A stretch of DNA of 64,000 bases from Macrostomum lignano (Eukaryota), in the NCBI GenBank assembly GCA_002269645.1, contig NIVC01000168.1:413297-477296 (forward strand). The letters are read 5' to 3'. The notes beneath the pieces are model-generated. The model was not told where the DNA came from and made no database searches. It saw only the letters and a program-made list of their open reading frames with translations. This document shows positions 60,398 to 64,000 of the stretch, piece after piece. A program made the position numbers and the translations under genes. The stretch's first letter is position 1. Every line of letters begins with the position of its first letter.

Positions 60398-63300
60398 TAG
60401 ATGGGAGCACAAGAATTGCCCGCAGACCAATTGCCCGCTGAGATTTGCCCGCAGTGCATTTTGCCCGAGAGAGCAGGTAATGTCAGCTAAAACATTTCGT
60501 TTGCCAAGCTCCAGCTAAATAAAACCTGTTAGGCCTAATTTCGGAATACATCTTTTTCAAATTTAGCAAAGCTAATTTTTTAGAATAAAAAGTTAATTAA
60601 TATCATTACCATACAGCACTTAAAACAGACGTGAAGTTAGCCAGTATTTCCGGATTCATATAACCTAGTCCTAATCCAACCCCAACCCTTTAATCCTGTA
60701 CGGCTGTACCCTTGACAGCCATCACCAAAACTAAAATTAAATCGAAAAACTAAAAAGCTAAAGGAAACTAAATGGAAACTAAGCTAACAAGCTAAGGATA
60801 AGCATGCGTTGCGGCAGCTTCCGACTCATGGCGGAGTTTCTTGGAAAGTTGGCTATTGAGCTAGTGAGGTGGGGGTGGAGAAGAACTTTCTTAGAACGGT
60901 TGTTTTTGAATTTGCTGACACCAGTGAGGTGGGGCGGATTCCTCGTTTGAATTGCCGCCGGCGTTGAGTTCGCACGAATAAAACCGGAAAAACGCGCAGA
61001 CGAATCACAACGAAATTTCTTCTCCTGTTTTACTCCGACAGCCGGGTTCTCAAGTCCGGGGGGAGGGTAGTTGTAATCGTAGTCGAGCGGTCGTATAGCG
61101 GCCCGGTCGTTCAGATCCGTAGACTCAATTGGTCTAGACACCGTAAATCTGCTTTTGAATTGTCGTATTGATTACCGTCAGTAGAGTAGCGCTGCCACCA
61201 CCGTAATTTGATCCGTATTACGGAACGTTGGGATCTCGGAGCTCGCTTAGAGTTGAGATCGATTCGGTTGTTTAACGCCCCACGGGCAAATGACTCAAGA
61301 TAACTATTATGGGCTTCGATGATTGAACAACTTATTTTAATTATTACTGGGTTTATTTATTGAGCAGGCTGGGTGCTGGTTAAATTAGAAAAGTTATTTG
61401 AAACAAAAACCCGACGGTGATCGCGGCCGGTGCCGGGTGCCAATTTCACTAACCAAAGAAAACTTAAAACACTAAACTAAGTTATGCTACGTTAAACCAA
61501 CAAAAGAAACTAAAAACAAAACCAAAAACAAAACCAAGGACACGAGCATAATAACAGGCGGCCCGAATTGGCCATATAAATAGAGGAAGTGTCGCCCGGA
61601 CAGGGATGGGGCAACAGATGGGGCAACAAGGCAAGGGATGGGGCGGAGAATGGGGCAAAAGATGGGGCAACGGACGGCAACAAAGCCGGGAACGGAGAAA
61701 AAACAAAACTTAGAGCATCGGCAAAAGATGGGGCGAGGGATGGGGCATGGGACGGCGCACCGGGTGACAAAATACAACGAGTCATAGCGGTGATGTCACC
61801 CGTCTCACGAAACGTTCTTGCTCGGAGTGGTAGCTCGCCCTACCACACTAGGTGTTGCGCGTAAATTGTGATTATATGCAGCGCAGCTTGCATGAGTGAC
61901 TGGCATGTTGTAATTCCTAAGCTTAAAACATTGCTTATTTGCTCTAATCAGGTGAAAGCCTAATTAGATACATTAATATTTAGACCCTGGCCTGGGGCCT
62001 GGGAGCAAATCAATATCATGACTAGGCCTATCCTAGGGACTTACCTATAGAAATTATTTAGGCCTAGGCCTAATTTATTTCTACGACCTAAGTCATCAAT
62101 TCAAATATACTTCTTTTTACAATATATGCGCCTACCCTTATTGTATTCACTAAGACTAAGGCATAGGCTATCATGATATCTCAATTCTAAAAATAGACTT
62201 AGGCCTAAAGCCTAAGGTAAAGCTGATATTAAATATTAAAGAAAGTGTAAGCTTAAAGTTTATATGGCTACAGCTATAGTATAGGCTAGGCCTAGGCATA
62301 GGGCCTACATATATCAGGCTAGGCCTATGCCCTAATACTAAGCATAGCCTAGGTAGGCAGGGGTGGGCCAAGCCCTAGTCAGTTTTTTTGTACAGTTAAG
62401 GCAATAAACTATAAGTCTAAGATATAGGCCTAGTTTTGGGGGAAATACTTACATGAAGGCAATAGGGCTATGGCCTAGGAATAGGCCTTGGGAATTATTG
62501 CAATATATACTAATAGGGGGGCCTATATAGATATGATCTTATCTTCTATATATACAATATGAAAGACAAATAGTTAAGTAATTTTACTATGCATTAACTT
62601 TTAAATTAGGGCTAGGCCTTGAGGCTTTATTCTTCAAGTCATTAGCCTTATTTGTTTATATTAGGCCTTCTAGTCTCTTTAGGCCCTCTATCATTATTAG
62701 ATGATAACCATTTCCTCAACTGGCATTTTGTTAGCTTGGTTAATAAAGTGAAAATATTTAAAGTAGCTTTATTGGTAGTTGCAAAGTTACAAAGTGACTA
62801 AGTTAGTTACAAAGTTAGTATAACAGTTTTTATTCCTGCTATTTTCTGCTCACAAGTTAGAAAGACTTTCGATTTCGAACACACTTGGCCTCTGAGAGCC
62901 CTCTTATAAGTGGAAGGCTCATATCTCCGAATCTCTCTGTGCCGCAAATTATTCAAGACAGTGTATTTTATAGTCAAGCAAGCAAACTGGTTTAGTTGAC
63001 AAAATGAAGAGGCTAAGAGCAATGCATAGTTAAGCAAGGAAGGGTTATTGCTCGAGCATTTTTCTGTATCCCATTGTTAGGCAACCATATCATCCCCCCT
63101 CCCAAGCATTACTGCGAGTCCACAGTGTTACGCATTCGTAGGCTGCTGGCTTGGCCTTCAAACCTCAGCTTTGTTATCTGCCCTTTAGTGTAGAGCTAGT
63201 CTGGCTCAATAGAACCATTCAAGATGAGAGGAGGCTGTTGTTTTTTTGCTTCCATGTAAGCATAATTCCACTGCTTACAGTTAGTTACAAAAGTGACTAA

Positions 63301-63464
63301 TGACTGAAGTAAAAAAGGCCTAATAAAATTTTCATTATATGAATAATATATATTTAAAAATATATAGGCTTCCTAATTATTGTTGCTTATAATTGTTATT
63401 GATATTGTTTTATAATTATTATTTTTATTTAAAATGGTAAAATATACTATTAATGTTCTACTAT

Positions 63465-63820
63465 AAAGATTTCTGTTTTACAGAAAGGATTTTGATAGAT
63501 TTCTGTTTGATAGAAAGGATTTCAATGTTTTTTAGTTTCACTGAAAGGACTTCAATGGTTGTCAGCTTCACAGAGAGGATTTCTATTTTGCAAAGAGGAT
63601 TTGATAGAGTCCTGTTTCATGGCAATAATTTTGATAGATTTCTGTCTCATAGAAAAGATTTTGATGAATGTCTGTTTGATAGAAAGGACTTTGATTGAGT
63701 TCTGTTTCAATGAAAAGACTTTTGATGGAGTTTTGTTCAACAGAAAGAACTTTGAAGTATTTTTGTTTCACATAGAGGATATTAATAGAGTCCTGTTTCA
63801 TGAAAAGGATTTCAATGGAT
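63465..63820. repeat. Old, diverged 30-bp tandem repeat, about 12 units
   Basis: Consensus approximately GATTTCTGTTTCATAGAAAGGATTTTGATA, with one shortened unit. Confidence 0.7.
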
Positions 63821-63834
63821 TTAGCACCTTCTGT

Positions 63835-64000
63835 CAGTCAGAGAAGAGAGAAAAGAGAAGAAAGATTAGAGATGACAGATGGGAAAGAAGAGGGGAGTAA
63901 GATAAAAATGAAGAGGGATACAAAAGAGAAAAAAGGAGATAAGAGGGGAGATATGAGATAGCAGAGGGAGACAGGAGAGATGAGATAAAAAAAGAGAAAA
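63835..64000. repeat. GA-rich polypurine low-complexity tract continuing past the window end
   Basis: Almost only A and G; mirror image in style of the 26.1-27.7 kb CT tract. Confidence 0.85.

Overview
Eukaryotic genomic DNA with spliceosomal GT-AG introns, dense minisatellites and DNA-transposon relics. The style resembles the minisatellite-rich flatworm Macrostomum, but the taxon is an inference. The first 12 kb is a near-perfect 67-bp satellite of about 180 copies. Five intron-containing genes can be assembled by hand with consistent splice phases: (1) a selenoprotein W-family gene (minus; CGAU motif with in-frame TGA plus a 3'UTR SECIS) that the ORF track misses; (2) BTBD9 (minus, 6 coding exons); (3) a REEP5/DP1/Yop1 gene (plus, 3 exons) head-to-head with BTBD9; (4) a signal peptide-LRR-TM receptor with no TIR domain; (5) a secreted EndoU with a Glu-to-Gly change in the SSGFEH motif. 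Mobile DNA includes three decayed mariners, a piggyBac relic, a hAT, a MULE-like and a Harbinger-like MITE, and a foldback element. The most unusual signals are the hidden Sec gene, intronic minisatellites made of tandem copies of splice signals (one demonstrably derived from the real BTBD9 exon 4 donor), an AT-rich domain around the bidirectional promoter that flips codon usage within both genes, a minisatellite born inside a piggyBac ORF, and a 2.3-kb array carrying a let-7 8mer site in most units. All counts are manual; no database searches were run.
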